Of a DNA stretch of 64,000 nucleotides, positions 8,562 to 18,763 are shown in pieces; position 1 is the first letter of the stretch, and each line of letters opens with the position of its first letter. The position numbers and the translations under genes are program-made. This DNA comes from Spirochaetia bacterium (GTDB lineage Bacteria; Spirochaetota; Spirochaetia; SZUA-6; Bin103): assembly GCA_965203905.1 (NCBI GenBank), contig CBDBDQ010000005.1:6528001-6592000 (forward strand), written 5' to 3'. The notes under the pieces are model-generated. The model was not told where the DNA came from. It saw only the letters and a program-made list of their open reading frames with translations, and ran no database searches.

Positions 8562-10196
8562 TCAGATCGGGCAGATCAGGGCGCCGAGGTGCTCCATCAT
8601 GCGCAGGTTCTCGGTGTAGTCGACCGGGCAGTCGATCACCGCCGGGCGGCCGCAGGCCAGGGCCTCGCGCAGGATCGGCTGCAGCTCGCCGGCGGCGGCC
8701 ACGCGGTAGCCGGCGGCGCCGAAGCTCTGCGCATACTGCACGAAGTCGGGGTTGCCGAAATTGATGTGCGAGGTGCGGCCGAACTTCCCCTGCTGCTTCA
8801 TGCCGATCAGGCTGTAGCTGTTGTCGTGGAACACCAGGGTGACGAACGGGACCTGCTCGCGCACGGCGGTCTCCAACTCCTGGGAGTTCATCAGGAAGCC
8901 GCCGTCGCCGGTCACCGTGACCACGTTGCGCTCCGGGTACAGCAGCTTGGCGGCCAGCGCACCCGGCACGCCGATGCCCATGGAAGCGAAGCCGTTGGAG
9001 ATGATGCAGGTGTTGGGCTGGTAACAGGGATAGAGGCGGGAGATCCACATCTTGTGCGCCCCCACGTCGGAGACCAGGATGTCGGCGCTGCCGAGCACCG
9101 TGCGCAGGTCGCCGAGCACCCGCTGCGGCTTCATGGGAAACGCGGTGTCGTCCTGGAACCGGTCGCGTTCCTGCACGATCACCTGGCGCAGCCCGCGCAC
9201 GTAGCCGTCCGCCTGGCAGGGCTGCGCCCGCTCGGCGATGCGCTCCAGCGCCATCGAGATATCTCCCAGCACGCCCACTCCGACGATGTAGTGCTGGTCC
9301 ACCTCGGCCGGGAGCTGGTCGACGTGGACGATGGTCTTGTCGCCCTCCGGATTCCACCGCTCCGGGGCGTACTCGACCAGGTCGTAGCCGACCGCGATCA
9401 CCACGTCGGCGCGGTCGAAGCCGCAGGAGACGTAGTCGCGTGCCTGCAGCCCGCAGGTGAGCAGCGACAGCGGGTGGTCGTCGCGCAGCACCCCCTTGCC
9501 CATGAAGGTCTCGGCCACCGGAATGTTGAGCTTCTCGGCAAAACGGGTCAGCGCGGCGCCGGCTTCCTGGCGCACCACGCCGTTGCCGGCCAGGATGATC
9601 GGCGACCTGGCGGCGGAGATGAGGCTGGCCGCGCGCTCGATCTGCTCCGCCTGCGGCTCGGGCCGCGGCGGGAACTGCGCCAGCAGCGGCGCACCGGGGG
9701 TATCTTCCCCGGCCAGATCCTCGGGAAAGTCGATGTGGGTGGCGCCCGGCTTCTCGGTCTGCGCCACCTTGAATGCCTTGCGCACGATCTCCGGGATGAT
9801 GCGCCCGGTCTTGATCTGGGCGTTCCACTTGGTGACCGGGCGGAACGTCTCCACCACGTCGATGTGCTGGTGCGACTCCTTGTGCATGCGGTCGAGCGAG
9901 GCCTGACCGGTGATGGCCACCACTGGCGCGCCATCCATGTTGGCGTCGGCCACCCCGGTGAGCAGGTTGGTGGCGCCGGGCCCCAGGGTGGACAGGCACA
10001 CCCCGGCCTTGCCGCTCAGGCGGCCGTAGACGTCGGCCATGAAGGCGCCGCCCTGCTCGTGGCGTACCCCGATGAAGCGGATGCCGGAGTCGAGCAGGGC
10101 ATCCATCACGTCGAGGTTCTCCTCGCCCGGCAGACCGAAGATGAACTCCACCTTCTCGTTCTCCAGACAGCGCACCAGCAGCTCGGCAGCCTTCAT
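8562..10196 (-). CDS. Acetolactate synthase large subunit-like ThDP enzyme
   Basis: FGLPGEEN, RHEQGGAFMA, TLGPGATN and GDGGF...N ThDP motifs. Confidence 0.92.
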   Translation of the reverse strand: MKAAELLVRCLENEKVEFIFGLPGEENLDVMDALLDSGIRFIGVRHEQGGAFMADVYGRLSGKAGVCLSTLGPGATNLLTGVADANMDGAPVVAITGQASLDRMHKESHQHIDVVETFRPVTKWNAQIKTGRIIPEIVRKAFKVAQTEKPGATHIDFPEDLAGEDTPGAPLLAQFPPRPEPQAEQIERAASLISAARSPIILAGNGVVRQEAGAALTRFAEKLNIPVAETFMGKGVLRDDHPLSLLTCGLQARDYVSCGFDRADVVIAVGYDLVEYAPERWNPEGDKTIVHVDQLPAEVDQHYIVGVGVLGDISMALERIAERAQPCQADGYVRGLRQVIVQERDRFQDDTAFPMKPQRVLGDLRTVLGSADILVSDVGAHKMWISRLYPCYQPNTCIISNGFASMGIGVPGALAAKLLYPERNVVTVTGDGGFLMNSQELETAVREQVPFVTLVFHDNSYSLIGMKQQGKFGRTSHINFGNPDFVQYAQSFGAAGYRVAAAGELQPILREALACGRPAVIDCPVDYTENLRMMEHLGALICPI

Positions 10197-10198
10197 CG

Positions 10199-11329
10199 TC
10201 ACAGCTCGCACCAGGTGCCCATCACGCGGGTCACGCCGGCGCCGTCCTGGCCGTAGTAGATGGTGAACAGCCGCCCCGGGGCGTACTCCACGCTGGTGGG
10301 GTAGCCGAGGTCGCCGTTGGGCAGGTCGTCGCGCAGCACGATCTCCTGCTGCAGCAGCCAGCTGCGGCCGCCGTCGGCGGACAGGCACGCGCGGATCCCG
10401 AACGGCGCCTCGCGGCGGCCGTAGGTGCACAGCACGCGGCCGTCGGCCAGCAGCACCAGCTGGCCGGGGTGGCCGTCGATGGGGGTCTGCTCGGGTGCGC
10501 TCCAGGTGGCGCCGCCGTCGCTGGAGCGGCAGGTGTGCAGGTACCCGGTGCGCATCGAGTCGCGCAGCACGCACAGCAGCTCGCCGGGAGCCACCTCCAG
10601 CACGTCCGGCTCGCCGAACTGCAGGCGCGGGTCGTCCACCACCACCCGCGGCGGGTCCCAGGTGACGCCGTCATCGGCCGACAGCAGCAGGTAGGTGAAG
10701 CGGTTGTGGGGCGGGTGGTGCTCGGTGACCACGTACGCCAGGCGTCCGTCTTCCAGCACCCGCGGCCCCACCCGGGTGTAGCCGTCGCGATACGGCTCCA
10801 CCGCGATGCGCACCGTCTGGTCGTAGGTGCGGCCGCCGTCGCCGCTGCGATGCAGGTAGAGGCCGTGGTAGCCGCGCGCCCAGGTTTGCTGCGAGCGCTG
10901 CCAGTCGCCCTCGTCGAACTCCTCGGTCCAGCCGCGCAGCGGCAGCGAGAGGGAAATCCGCTCCCCCGCCTGCCAGCGCTGCCGCGCCTCGCCCAGCGGG
11001 TACCAGCCGAAGCGGAACTGGGCCAGCAGCAGGGTGCCCTGGGCGGTCTGCACCACGCCGGGACACTCGGTGCCCGACCAGTCGAAGCCGGGCGCGAAGG
11101 TGGGCGCCTCCCAGGTCCGGCCCTGGTCCACGCTGCGGGTGGTGATGGTGCGGAACAGGGGATCGGAGGGCGGATGCATGCGCGGCTTGCGCCGCCGCGA
11201 GTGGTTGAACGCCGCCAGCCAGGCGCCGTCCGGGTCGTCCCCGCCGGCGCGGATCAGCGCCAGCGACGGATGCGAGATGTAGGCCCAGGGATCGCGGTGG
11301 ATCACCACCGTGTCGCCGACACGCGCCAC
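10199..11329 (-). CDS. BNR/Asp-box sialidase-family protein
   Basis: Repeated SxDxGxTW boxes (SVDQGRTW, SADDGVTW, SSDGGATW, SADGGRSW) and DLGYP; GGAG SD before GTG 11329. Confidence 0.85.
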   Translation of the reverse strand: MARVGDTVVIHRDPWAYISHPSLALIRAGGDDPDGAWLAAFNHSRRRKPRMHPPSDPLFRTITTRSVDQGRTWEAPTFAPGFDWSGTECPGVVQTAQGTLLLAQFRFGWYPLGEARQRWQAGERISLSLPLRGWTEEFDEGDWQRSQQTWARGYHGLYLHRSGDGGRTYDQTVRIAVEPYRDGYTRVGPRVLEDGRLAYVVTEHHPPHNRFTYLLLSADDGVTWDPPRVVVDDPRLQFGEPDVLEVAPGELLCVLRDSMRTGYLHTCRSSDGGATWSAPEQTPIDGHPGQLVLLADGRVLCTYGRREAPFGIRACLSADGGRSWLLQQEIVLRDDLPNGDLGYPTSVEYAPGRLFTIYYGQDGAGVTRVMGTWCEL

Positions 11330-11492
11330 CGCTACTCTCCCACGCAACGAGCCGATCCGAGCGACACGCCGCGAACGACGATTCCGTACCACATGGGTTG
11401 CACTATATCACGCGCCAGACTGCACAGGCTGATGGCCGATGCAGGCGAGTCGTTGACACGAAGCAACAAATGACCTATGGATTCCACCATGC

Positions 11493-11639
11493 ATCGCTTC
11501 GGGACACCGGTGGGGCTACATGCGTTGCGGTGAATCCAGTCGATCCGGCTGCCAGGCTTCAATCTGGTCAACGCCAAGAAATCCTGGCAACCACGCGGCA
11601 CAGCTTCGCCGGGCGCTCCGGCGATGCCCGCACAGGTAA
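11493..11639 (+). pseudogene. HicA-like toxin remnant (Cys/His-rich subfamily), N-terminus missing
   Basis: SGHRWGYMRCG...CQASIWSTPRNPGNHAAQLRRALRRCPHR* with no suitable start codon; lies just upstream of an antitoxin-like gene. Confidence 0.6.
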
Positions 11640-11684
11640 GCCGAGCCCGGTACGGTGGCGGTGTGGATTCTGGTGTAGGGATAG

Positions 11685-12221
11685 ATGGCGGTATTTCAGT
11701 TTACGCTGATTGTGACCGGCCCCGATCTGCAGAGTGAGAGCGTAGCCGAAGCGGTGTATCAGGCCGGCTGCGACGATGCCCTTGTCGGCCGCACCGACGG
11801 GGTACAGTACCTGGACTTCGACCGGGAGGCGCCTAGTCTCGAGACGGCGATTCTATCGGCCATCAGCGACGCTGAGAGCATCCCCGGCGTTGAGGTGATC
11901 CGGTTAGCCGGCGGTGGGCTCGTCTCGATGGCCGACATCGCGGCCCGCACGGGGCGCACTCGCGAGAGCGTCCGTCTCCTGATCGTGAATCAGCGGGGAC
12001 CGGGCGGTTTCCCACCACCCGTGACTGACCCCCGTACGCGCTACCGGCTGTGGCGCTGGTCCGAAGTCCAGCGGTGGTTCGAGATCAACTACGGCCGTGT
12101 GCCGATCCGCGTCGACGATCGGGTTGCCGCGGCGGTAAACGCAGGTCTGGAGTTGCGGCAACACATCCGCTCCATGGAAACCGAGCAAAAAGCGAAGCTC
12201 AGTCAACTCATCGGCCTCTGA
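11685..12221 (+). CDS. HicB-like antitoxin / HTH DNA-binding protein
   Basis: AGCDDALVG...FDREAPSLETAILSAI N-domain; LVSMADIAARTGRTRESVR HTH; GPGGFPPP...LWRWSEV. Confidence 0.75.
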   Translation: MAVFQFTLIVTGPDLQSESVAEAVYQAGCDDALVGRTDGVQYLDFDREAPSLETAILSAISDAESIPGVEVIRLAGGGLVSMADIAARTGRTRESVRLLIVNQRGPGGFPPPVTDPRTRYRLWRWSEVQRWFEINYGRVPIRVDDRVAAAVNAGLELRQHIRSMETEQKAKLSQLIGL

Positions 12222-12255
12222 TCCTCTGAGCATCGTGCCGTCGCTTACGCCTCGA

Positions 12256-12957
12256 TCAGCGCAGCAGCAGGTCGGCCAGCTCGTCGAAGTCGGTCACCGT
12301 GGCGTCGGGCAGGAACTGGGGCGCGGTCTCCTCGAAGGGCAGCCGGTAGCGGTCGACGTAGACGCCGCGCAGGCCACAGGTGCGGGCGCCGAGCACATCG
12401 AAGCTGTTGGCCGACACCATGAGCAGCTCCCCCACCTCCAGCCCCAGTACAAAGGCGGCGGCACGGTACACGGCAGGATGCGGCTTGAAGGCGCCGACCG
12501 TGTCGACAGAGATCACGGCGGCGAAGTCGAAGCGGATGCGGTTGGCGGTCAGGTGCTCCAGAAACGGGGCGTCGCCGTTGGAGAGGGCCACCAGCTCAAA
12601 GCGCTCCTGCAGCCGCTCCAGGTTGGCGCGGCACTCGGGGAAGGGGCTGAGCTGCTGCCAGGCGGCCAGGTAGGCGTCGGTCTCGGCCGCGGTTGGCGTG
12701 AGCCCGTGGGCTCGCGCCACGTAGCTGAAGGCGCGGCGCACGGTCTCCAGGTAGCCGCCGTGGCCCAGCAGCATGAGGCTGTCCTGGTACTGCTCGATCC
12801 GCTGCCGGTAGCGGAGCTGCTGCCAGAACGCCGCCGCGTCCACGCCGCCACGGCCGCGCAGGAACGCCTCCAGCGCCGGCCGCAGGCTGCCGCCCAGGTC
12901 GAGCACGGTTCCGAACAGGTCGAAGGCAATCGCTTCACAGCCGTGCAGATCACTCAT
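12256..12957 (-). CDS. Haloacid dehalogenase, type II-like
   Basis: AFDLFGT, LSNG, FKPHP.VY and VSANSFDV motifs. Confidence 0.88.
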   Translation of the reverse strand: MSDLHGCEAIAFDLFGTVLDLGGSLRPALEAFLRGRGGVDAAAFWQQLRYRQRIEQYQDSLMLLGHGGYLETVRRAFSYVARAHGLTPTAAETDAYLAAWQQLSPFPECRANLERLQERFELVALSNGDAPFLEHLTANRIRFDFAAVISVDTVGAFKPHPAVYRAAAFVLGLEVGELLMVSANSFDVLGARTCGLRGVYVDRYRLPFEETAPQFLPDATVTDFDELADLLLR

Positions 12958-13033
12958 CGCCCCGCAACTATACCACGCGCCTCACGCCGGCCGTGATGGC
13001 GCCGGACGCCTGAAGACCGGTTGCAGTGCGCGC

Positions 13034-13402
13034 TCACAACTTGGCGATCAGGTCGTAGTGTCCGTCATAGTGCAGGAGTGACACGCCGTGATGGCGTGCG
13101 CACGAGGCGACGAGCAGATCGGTGGCGGGAACGGTAATGCCCTGCTCGCGCGCTCCAGCGGAGAGCGCAACCGCGCGGTCCCATACCGCGGCGTCCATGG
13201 TCAGAGAAGGCAGACTCGCTTCCATCTCCGTCAGCACGGCTCGCTCTGCCGTACCCCGAGCGCCGTTCCAGAGTTCGAGCCGTACCAGCGGACACCAGGC
13301 ACCATCGCCCGCGGAAAGGAGCATCTCCACCTGCCCGCGGATAGCCGCGTCGCCGCCGTGCTGAAGCTGTTCGATCCACGCCGAAGTATCGATCAGCGTC
13401 AT
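13034..13402 (-). CDS. vapC: VapC PIN-domain toxin
   Basis: LIDTSAWI, ELWNG, TDLLVA and HYDGHY PIN motifs. Confidence 0.88.
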   Translation of the reverse strand: MTLIDTSAWIEQLQHGGDAAIRGQVEMLLSAGDGAWCPLVRLELWNGARGTAERAVLTEMEASLPSLTMDAAVWDRAVALSAGAREQGITVPATDLLVASCARHHGVSLLHYDGHYDLIAKL

Positions 13403-13409
13403 GTCAATT

Positions 13410-13628
13410 TCACCCGGCGGAACTGCCGCGGTCGTTCACCTCCGCAGCCTCGAGCGTCTCGTTGTCGACGAAGTCACAGGTGCCGGAGAAGCGAATCAGC
13501 CGCGCCATCCGCTGTCGCCGGTTGAACTCCCGCAAGGCGGTGACCACCGCTTCGCGCTTGGACTTTGCGTTCAGGAACCTCATCGCTTCCAAGAGCTCGC
13601 TCTCGGGAATATCAATCGTAGTCTTCAT
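13410..13628 (-). CDS. vapB: VapB antitoxin (RHH type)
   Basis: MKTTIDIPESEL...SKREAVVTALREF, directly upstream of vapC. Confidence 0.85.
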   Translation of the reverse strand: MKTTIDIPESELLEAMRFLNAKSKREAVVTALREFNRRQRMARLIRFSGTCDFVDNETLEAAEVNDRGSSAG

Positions 13629-13876
13629 ACATCCATTTTAAGGACCGTGGGACATAATCACAAGGCAATTACAGATTCCTAAGCGACAACGACCTGCGGC
13701 TGGTGAAACGGCTGGTGCGGCTGGGGGAGCGACCGAGCGCGCCGACCAGGACGTGACCAGCCTGCTGCTGGGCGCGAATCTGTTCAGTATCGGCGAGTCG
13801 GACGACGACGGCGACGAGCAAGCGGTCGTGGCTTTGACCGCTTTGACCGCGCTGTCGAACGCCCATACTGTACCCC

Positions 13877-15295
13877 GTGATGACTGCTTCCGACTCTCCC
13901 AAGCCGCCCAACGTGCTGTGGATCTGCACCGACCAGCAGCGCTGGGACACCGTTGCCGCGCTCGGCAACCGCCACATCAACACGCCGAACATCGACCGCC
14001 TGGTGGCGGAAGGCACCGCCTGCACCAATGCCTACTGCCAGAGCCCGATCTGCACGCCCAGCCGGGCCAGCTTCCTCACCGGCTGCTACCCGAGCACCGT
14101 GCACGGCTGCAGCAACGGCAACGAGTACTGGGCCGAGGCGGCGCCGCTGGTGACGAAACTGCTGGCGGACGCCGGCTACTGCTGCGGGCTGGCCGGAAAG
14201 CTGCACCTGGCCGGCAGCGCCGGCCGCATCGAGCCGCGCCCGCGCGACGACGGCTACACCGTGTTCCAATGGAGCCACGACCCGCGCGACAAGTGGCCCG
14301 CGGGCCACGCCTACCGCGACTGGGTGGCGGCGCGCGGCAAACACCTCGGCCGCACCTACGCCGAGCTCGGCTACCACCCGTCGGAGCTGCACCAGACCAC
14401 CTTCTGCGCCGACCAGGCGATCGCGTTCATGGAGCACGAGTGGCACCAGCCGTGGCTGATGAGCGTCAACATCTTCGACCCGCACGCGCCGTTCGATCCG
14501 CCTCCGGAGTACCTGGAGCGGTACGATCCCGCCTCGCTGCCGCCTCCCGCCTACCGCCCCGCCGACCTCGCGGCCCAGGAGAAGCTGACCGGCGTGGACT
14601 TCCAGACCAAGGCGCAGGATCCCGCGGCCTTCGACGCCCAGCACAAGATCGCCGCCTACTACGCGATGATCGAGCTGATCGACCACAACGTGGGGCGCAT
14701 GCTGGCGGCCCTGGAGCGCACCGGCCAGGCCGACAACACCCTGGTGATCTTCACCAGCGACCACGGCGAGATGCTGGGAGACCACGGGCTGCTGCTCAAG
14801 GGCTGCCGTTTCTACGAGGGGCTGGTGCACGTGCCGCTGATTCTGCGCTGGCCCGGCCGGATCAGGGCCGGTGCGACGACCGACGCCCTGGTGGAGCTCA
14901 CCGATCTGGCCCCCAGCCTGCTGGATGCCGCCGGCCTGGAAGTGCCGCGCCACATGGCCGGGCGCTCGCTGCTGCCACTGCTGCGCGGCACCGCCACCGA
15001 GCATCGCGACGCCGTGCGCTGCGAGTACTACGAGGCCCTGAGCATGGCCGCCCGCGACCGCGCCGGCTGGTCCAACACCCGCGCCTCCATGATCCGCGAC
15101 CGCCGCTACAAGCTGGCCGTATACCACGGCCACCCCACTGGCGAGCTGTTCGACCTGGAGACCGACCCCCACGAGCACGACAACCTGTGGGACAGCGCGC
15201 GCCACGCGGAGATCCGCTTCGACCTGCTGCGCCGCTGCTTCGACGCCACCGCCTTCGCCATCGACACCGGCCCGGAGGCGACGCGCGGGCACTGA
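13877..15295 (+). CDS. Sulfatase (Cys-type)
   Basis: PNVLWICTDQQR, CTPSRASFLTG, GKLHL and SDHG motifs. Confidence 0.92.
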   Translation: MMTASDSPKPPNVLWICTDQQRWDTVAALGNRHINTPNIDRLVAEGTACTNAYCQSPICTPSRASFLTGCYPSTVHGCSNGNEYWAEAAPLVTKLLADAGYCCGLAGKLHLAGSAGRIEPRPRDDGYTVFQWSHDPRDKWPAGHAYRDWVAARGKHLGRTYAELGYHPSELHQTTFCADQAIAFMEHEWHQPWLMSVNIFDPHAPFDPPPEYLERYDPASLPPPAYRPADLAAQEKLTGVDFQTKAQDPAAFDAQHKIAAYYAMIELIDHNVGRMLAALERTGQADNTLVIFTSDHGEMLGDHGLLLKGCRFYEGLVHVPLILRWPGRIRAGATTDALVELTDLAPSLLDAAGLEVPRHMAGRSLLPLLRGTATEHRDAVRCEYYEALSMAARDRAGWSNTRASMIRDRRYKLAVYHGHPTGELFDLETDPHEHDNLWDSARHAEIRFDLLRRCFDATAFAIDTGPEATRGH

Positions 15296-15310
15296 GGAAC
15301 TGGGGACCGA

Positions 15311-15952
15311 CTACTTGGCGTCCGGGTCGAGGTCGATGCCGAAGATGTCGCCGAGCTGATCCTCGGCCAGGGTGTCGGCGCCGGCTGCGGTGGCGCCTTC
15401 GGGCAACACTGTCGCCGCGTTGATCAGCTCCGCGGGGTCGACGCCGCGCAGGCGAAACAGCAGCTCCGGGCTGTCGTCGAGGCGGTTGCCCACGCCGTAG
15501 AGCACCGCCGCCACGTGCTTGCACATGGTCGCCCAGTCGGGGCAACTGCACTTCAGTTCGATCTGGCGCGGTTTCGGGAACAGGCCGCGGTCGGGATCGG
15601 AGACCACCTCCATCACCTGGTCGGAAAGCGATCCCCGGAGCAGTTCCAGGAGCGAGGCGATCTGCCCCGAGCACGCGCTCCGGATCGCCTTCCAGGTCGC
15701 CGCCGGCAGCGGCTTCACACGGATGGTGACCTGGTAGGGGCGGGGCCGTGAACCCTTGACCTGCGCTTCGATGCGACCCTCATCGATGTCGAGCTGCCAG
15801 ATCGAGCCATGACGGGCGTAGGTGCGGCCGCGCGGGAGGCGGTTGGCGAAGTCGGAGAACGACTCCAGGTGCGCACACCAGCGCTTGCCCCAGAAACTGC
15901 GCGCGATCATGCGGCCTTGGATCCGGATGGGGCGCAACGGTCGCTTCGCCAT
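15311..15952 (-). CDS. SWIM zinc-finger protein
   Basis: CSCPDWATMCKH SWIM motif and NRLPRGRTYAR; starts 14 nt after the SNF2 stop. Confidence 0.88.
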   Translation of the reverse strand: MAKRPLRPIRIQGRMIARSFWGKRWCAHLESFSDFANRLPRGRTYARHGSIWQLDIDEGRIEAQVKGSRPRPYQVTIRVKPLPAATWKAIRSACSGQIASLLELLRGSLSDQVMEVVSDPDRGLFPKPRQIELKCSCPDWATMCKHVAAVLYGVGNRLDDSPELLFRLRGVDPAELINAATVLPEGATAAGADTLAEDQLGDIFGIDLDPDAK

Positions 15953-15966
15953 GGATGCCACCGAAG

Positions 15967-18654
15967 CTACAGGGTGGCACTGGTCACGTCCAGCCGGACC
16001 AGGTCGAGCAGCTCGTCGTCCGGCAACTCGGTGAGGCTTATTTCCCCCTCCCCGCCCAGCACGTCCTGCGCTAACTGCCGCTTGTCCGCGATCATGGCGT
16101 CGATCCGCTCCTCCACGGTGCCGCGGGTGATGAACTTGTGCACCAGCACGTTGCGCCGCTGGCCGATGCGGAAGGCGCGGTCGGTGGCCTGGTTCTCCAC
16201 CGCGGGGTTCCACCAGCGGTCGAAGTGGATCACGTGCGAGGCGCCGGTCAGGTTGAGGCCGGTGCCGGCGGCCTTGAGCGACAGGATCAGGAACGGCGGT
16301 CCGTCCTCGGCCTGGAAACGGTCGACCACGGCGCGCCGTGCGCCGACACCCGTGCCGCCGTGCAGCACCAGCCCGGCACGGCCGAACAGGGTTGCCGCGT
16401 ACTCGGCCAGCGGGTCGATGATCTCGCGGTACTGGGTGAAGATCAGCACCCGCTCCTGGCGCGCCGCCAACTCCTCGCACAGCTCCGCCAGCCGCAGGAA
16501 CTTGCCGCTGGCGGCGGCGGCGTACTCGCCGTCGCCGGAGAGCTGGCTGGGATGGTTGCACACCTGCTTGAGCCGCAGCAGCGAGCCGAGCACCAGCCCC
16601 CGCCGCTCGATGCCCTCGCGCGACTTCAAGGTGCGCTGCAGGCTCCGCACCACGTGCTGATAGAGGCGGACCTGGGCCCGGGTCAGGTTGCAGTAGCGGT
16701 TGGTCTCGGTCTTCTCGGGAAGGTCGGCTATGATGCTGCGGTCGGTCTTCAGGCGGCGCAGGATGTAGGGGCTCACCAGGCGCCGCAACGGCGCGAACGG
16801 CTGCGCGGGCCGCGCCTGCAGCTTCTTCACGAAGCTCGCGAACACGGTGCGCGAGCCGAGCAGACCGGGATTGAGGAAGTCGAACAGCGCCCACAGGTCG
16901 CCCAGCCGGTTCTCCACCGGGGTACCGGTCAGCGCGATGCGGGCGTCGGCGGCCAGCCTTCGCGCCGCGCGGCTCTGCCGCGTCGCCGGGTTGCGGATCG
17001 CCTGCGCCTCGTCCAGGATCACCAGTCGCCAGTGCAGTTCGGCGAGCCAGGTCTGCCGCACCAGCATGGTGTAGGTGGTGATCGCCAGGTCGGCGTCGGC
17101 CAGGTGCTCGGCGGGCATGGACGCGATCTCGTCCAGCGTCTCCCGGTCATTCTCGGCCGGGTGCAGAAAGCACAGCTTCAGCGATGGCGCGAAGCGCGCC
17201 GCCTCGGCGCGCCAGTTGCCCAGCAGCGACGCCGGCACCACCAGCAACGCCGGCGCCGGCGGGCGCTCGACGGCGCCGCTGCCGCACAGCAGGAGCGCCA
17301 GCACCTGGATCGTCTTGCCCAGCCCCATGTCGTCGGCCAGGCAGGCGCCCAGCCCCAGCCCGGTGACGAAGTGCAGCCAGGCCAGTCCCTCGCGCTGATA
17401 CGGCCGCAGGGTCCCGCGCAGGGCCGCGGCGGCGGCCAGGTCGCGCTGTTCCAGCGTCTCGGGCCGGCGCAACCCGGCCAGCAGTTCGCGCAGGGCCGCG
17501 CCGGCCGTCACCTGTACCCAGGCGCGCTCGGCCTCGGTCTGATCCTCCTGCCGCAGGTCGGTCGACGCCCCCGCCAGCAGCCGCATGCCCTCGACGAACG
17601 AGATCTCCCCGTCATCCGCCTGGCGTTGCAGGGTCTCCCAATGGGAGATCGCCTGGTCCAGCCGCTCGCGGTCCACCTCCACCCACTGGTTGCGCAGCAG
17701 CACCAGGTTGTCGGGGGCGCTGCGCAACGTCTCCAGTTCCTCGGCCGACAGCGCGCGGTCACCGAGCGCGATCTCCACCTTGAAGTCCAGCACCGCATCG
17801 GCGCCCACCCGCGCCGGCGTCTGCGTGCCGATGGTAACCGCAACCTGCGGCCGCGACCGCCTGCGCCACCAGTTGGGCACGCGCGCCGACAGCCCGCTCA
17901 GCTCCAGCTCCGGCACGCTCTGCAGGAATCGATAGGCATCCGCGGGCGGCCACGCCAGCGGACGATACAGGTCGCCGGAATCCGCCAGCGCGCGCACCCA
18001 CGCGCACGCCTTGGCCGCCTCCTCCACCGGCGCCAGCAGGTTGATCAGGGCCGCCCGGTTGTTGGCCCCGGCGTACTGCTGCAAGGCGTTGCGCAGCGGC
18101 AGGTGCTTGAGGCGGCCGCCGGCGCCGAAGCCGGATGCATAAGTGGCAAGGAACGCGAACGGCCGCTCCTGGTCATTCCGGTTCTCGGCCAGATGGAAGC
18201 AGACCCGTCCCACCTGCCGCCAGCGCGGCGCCCGCTCGCGCAGCAGCGCGCCCGGGCCGCTGGCAGCCGCGGCGGCCTCGCGCACCCACTCGTCCAACCG
18301 CTCCCACAGGCCCCGCAGGCAGTCGGGTGACAGATATTCGCCGCCCTCCATCGGCGGCGCGTTCAACACCCAGGTGGCGAGCAAACCGTCGTCGGGCGGC
18401 TCCACCGCAACCTGCTCGGCCTCCGCCGGCAGGTGGCACAGCCCGGTCAGGTAGTGTTCCGCCAGTTGCTGCCAGTAGCGCAGGCTGGGGAACTCCTGCG
18501 CCGGCAGCTTCTCCGCCGCCAGGGTAAACAGCGCCGCACGCCAGTCGCTCCGGAACGCTTCCACGACGGGAGCCAAGTCATCGGCGACCGCGGACCCCGC
18601 GGCCGGGTCGGCTTCCCAGTGCAGGCGGCCGCCCGGCGTCAGTCGTACGCCCAT
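15967..18654 (-). CDS. SNF2-family helicase/ATPase
   Basis: LRPYQ, LADDMGLGKT, LDEAQ, TGTPVEN and QATDRAFRIGQ motifs. Confidence 0.93.
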   Translation of the reverse strand: MGVRLTPGGRLHWEADPAAGSAVADDLAPVVEAFRSDWRAALFTLAAEKLPAQEFPSLRYWQQLAEHYLTGLCHLPAEAEQVAVEPPDDGLLATWVLNAPPMEGGEYLSPDCLRGLWERLDEWVREAAAAASGPGALLRERAPRWRQVGRVCFHLAENRNDQERPFAFLATYASGFGAGGRLKHLPLRNALQQYAGANNRAALINLLAPVEEAAKACAWVRALADSGDLYRPLAWPPADAYRFLQSVPELELSGLSARVPNWWRRRSRPQVAVTIGTQTPARVGADAVLDFKVEIALGDRALSAEELETLRSAPDNLVLLRNQWVEVDRERLDQAISHWETLQRQADDGEISFVEGMRLLAGASTDLRQEDQTEAERAWVQVTAGAALRELLAGLRRPETLEQRDLAAAAALRGTLRPYQREGLAWLHFVTGLGLGACLADDMGLGKTIQVLALLLCGSGAVERPPAPALLVVPASLLGNWRAEAARFAPSLKLCFLHPAENDRETLDEIASMPAEHLADADLAITTYTMLVRQTWLAELHWRLVILDEAQAIRNPATRQSRAARRLAADARIALTGTPVENRLGDLWALFDFLNPGLLGSRTVFASFVKKLQARPAQPFAPLRRLVSPYILRRLKTDRSIIADLPEKTETNRYCNLTRAQVRLYQHVVRSLQRTLKSREGIERRGLVLGSLLRLKQVCNHPSQLSGDGEYAAAASGKFLRLAELCEELAARQERVLIFTQYREIIDPLAEYAATLFGRAGLVLHGGTGVGARRAVVDRFQAEDGPPFLILSLKAAGTGLNLTGASHVIHFDRWWNPAVENQATDRAFRIGQRRNVLVHKFITRGTVEERIDAMIADKRQLAQDVLGGEGEISLTELPDDELLDLVRLDVTSATL

Positions 18655-18763
18655 CAATGTCGGTTATCCGCTACCAACACGAAGCCAGCCTCAGCACATA
18701 GGATACCCCGTGCGGCCGGCATTATCCCACCACATCCACGTATCAGCAGCCGTCTTACCAGAG

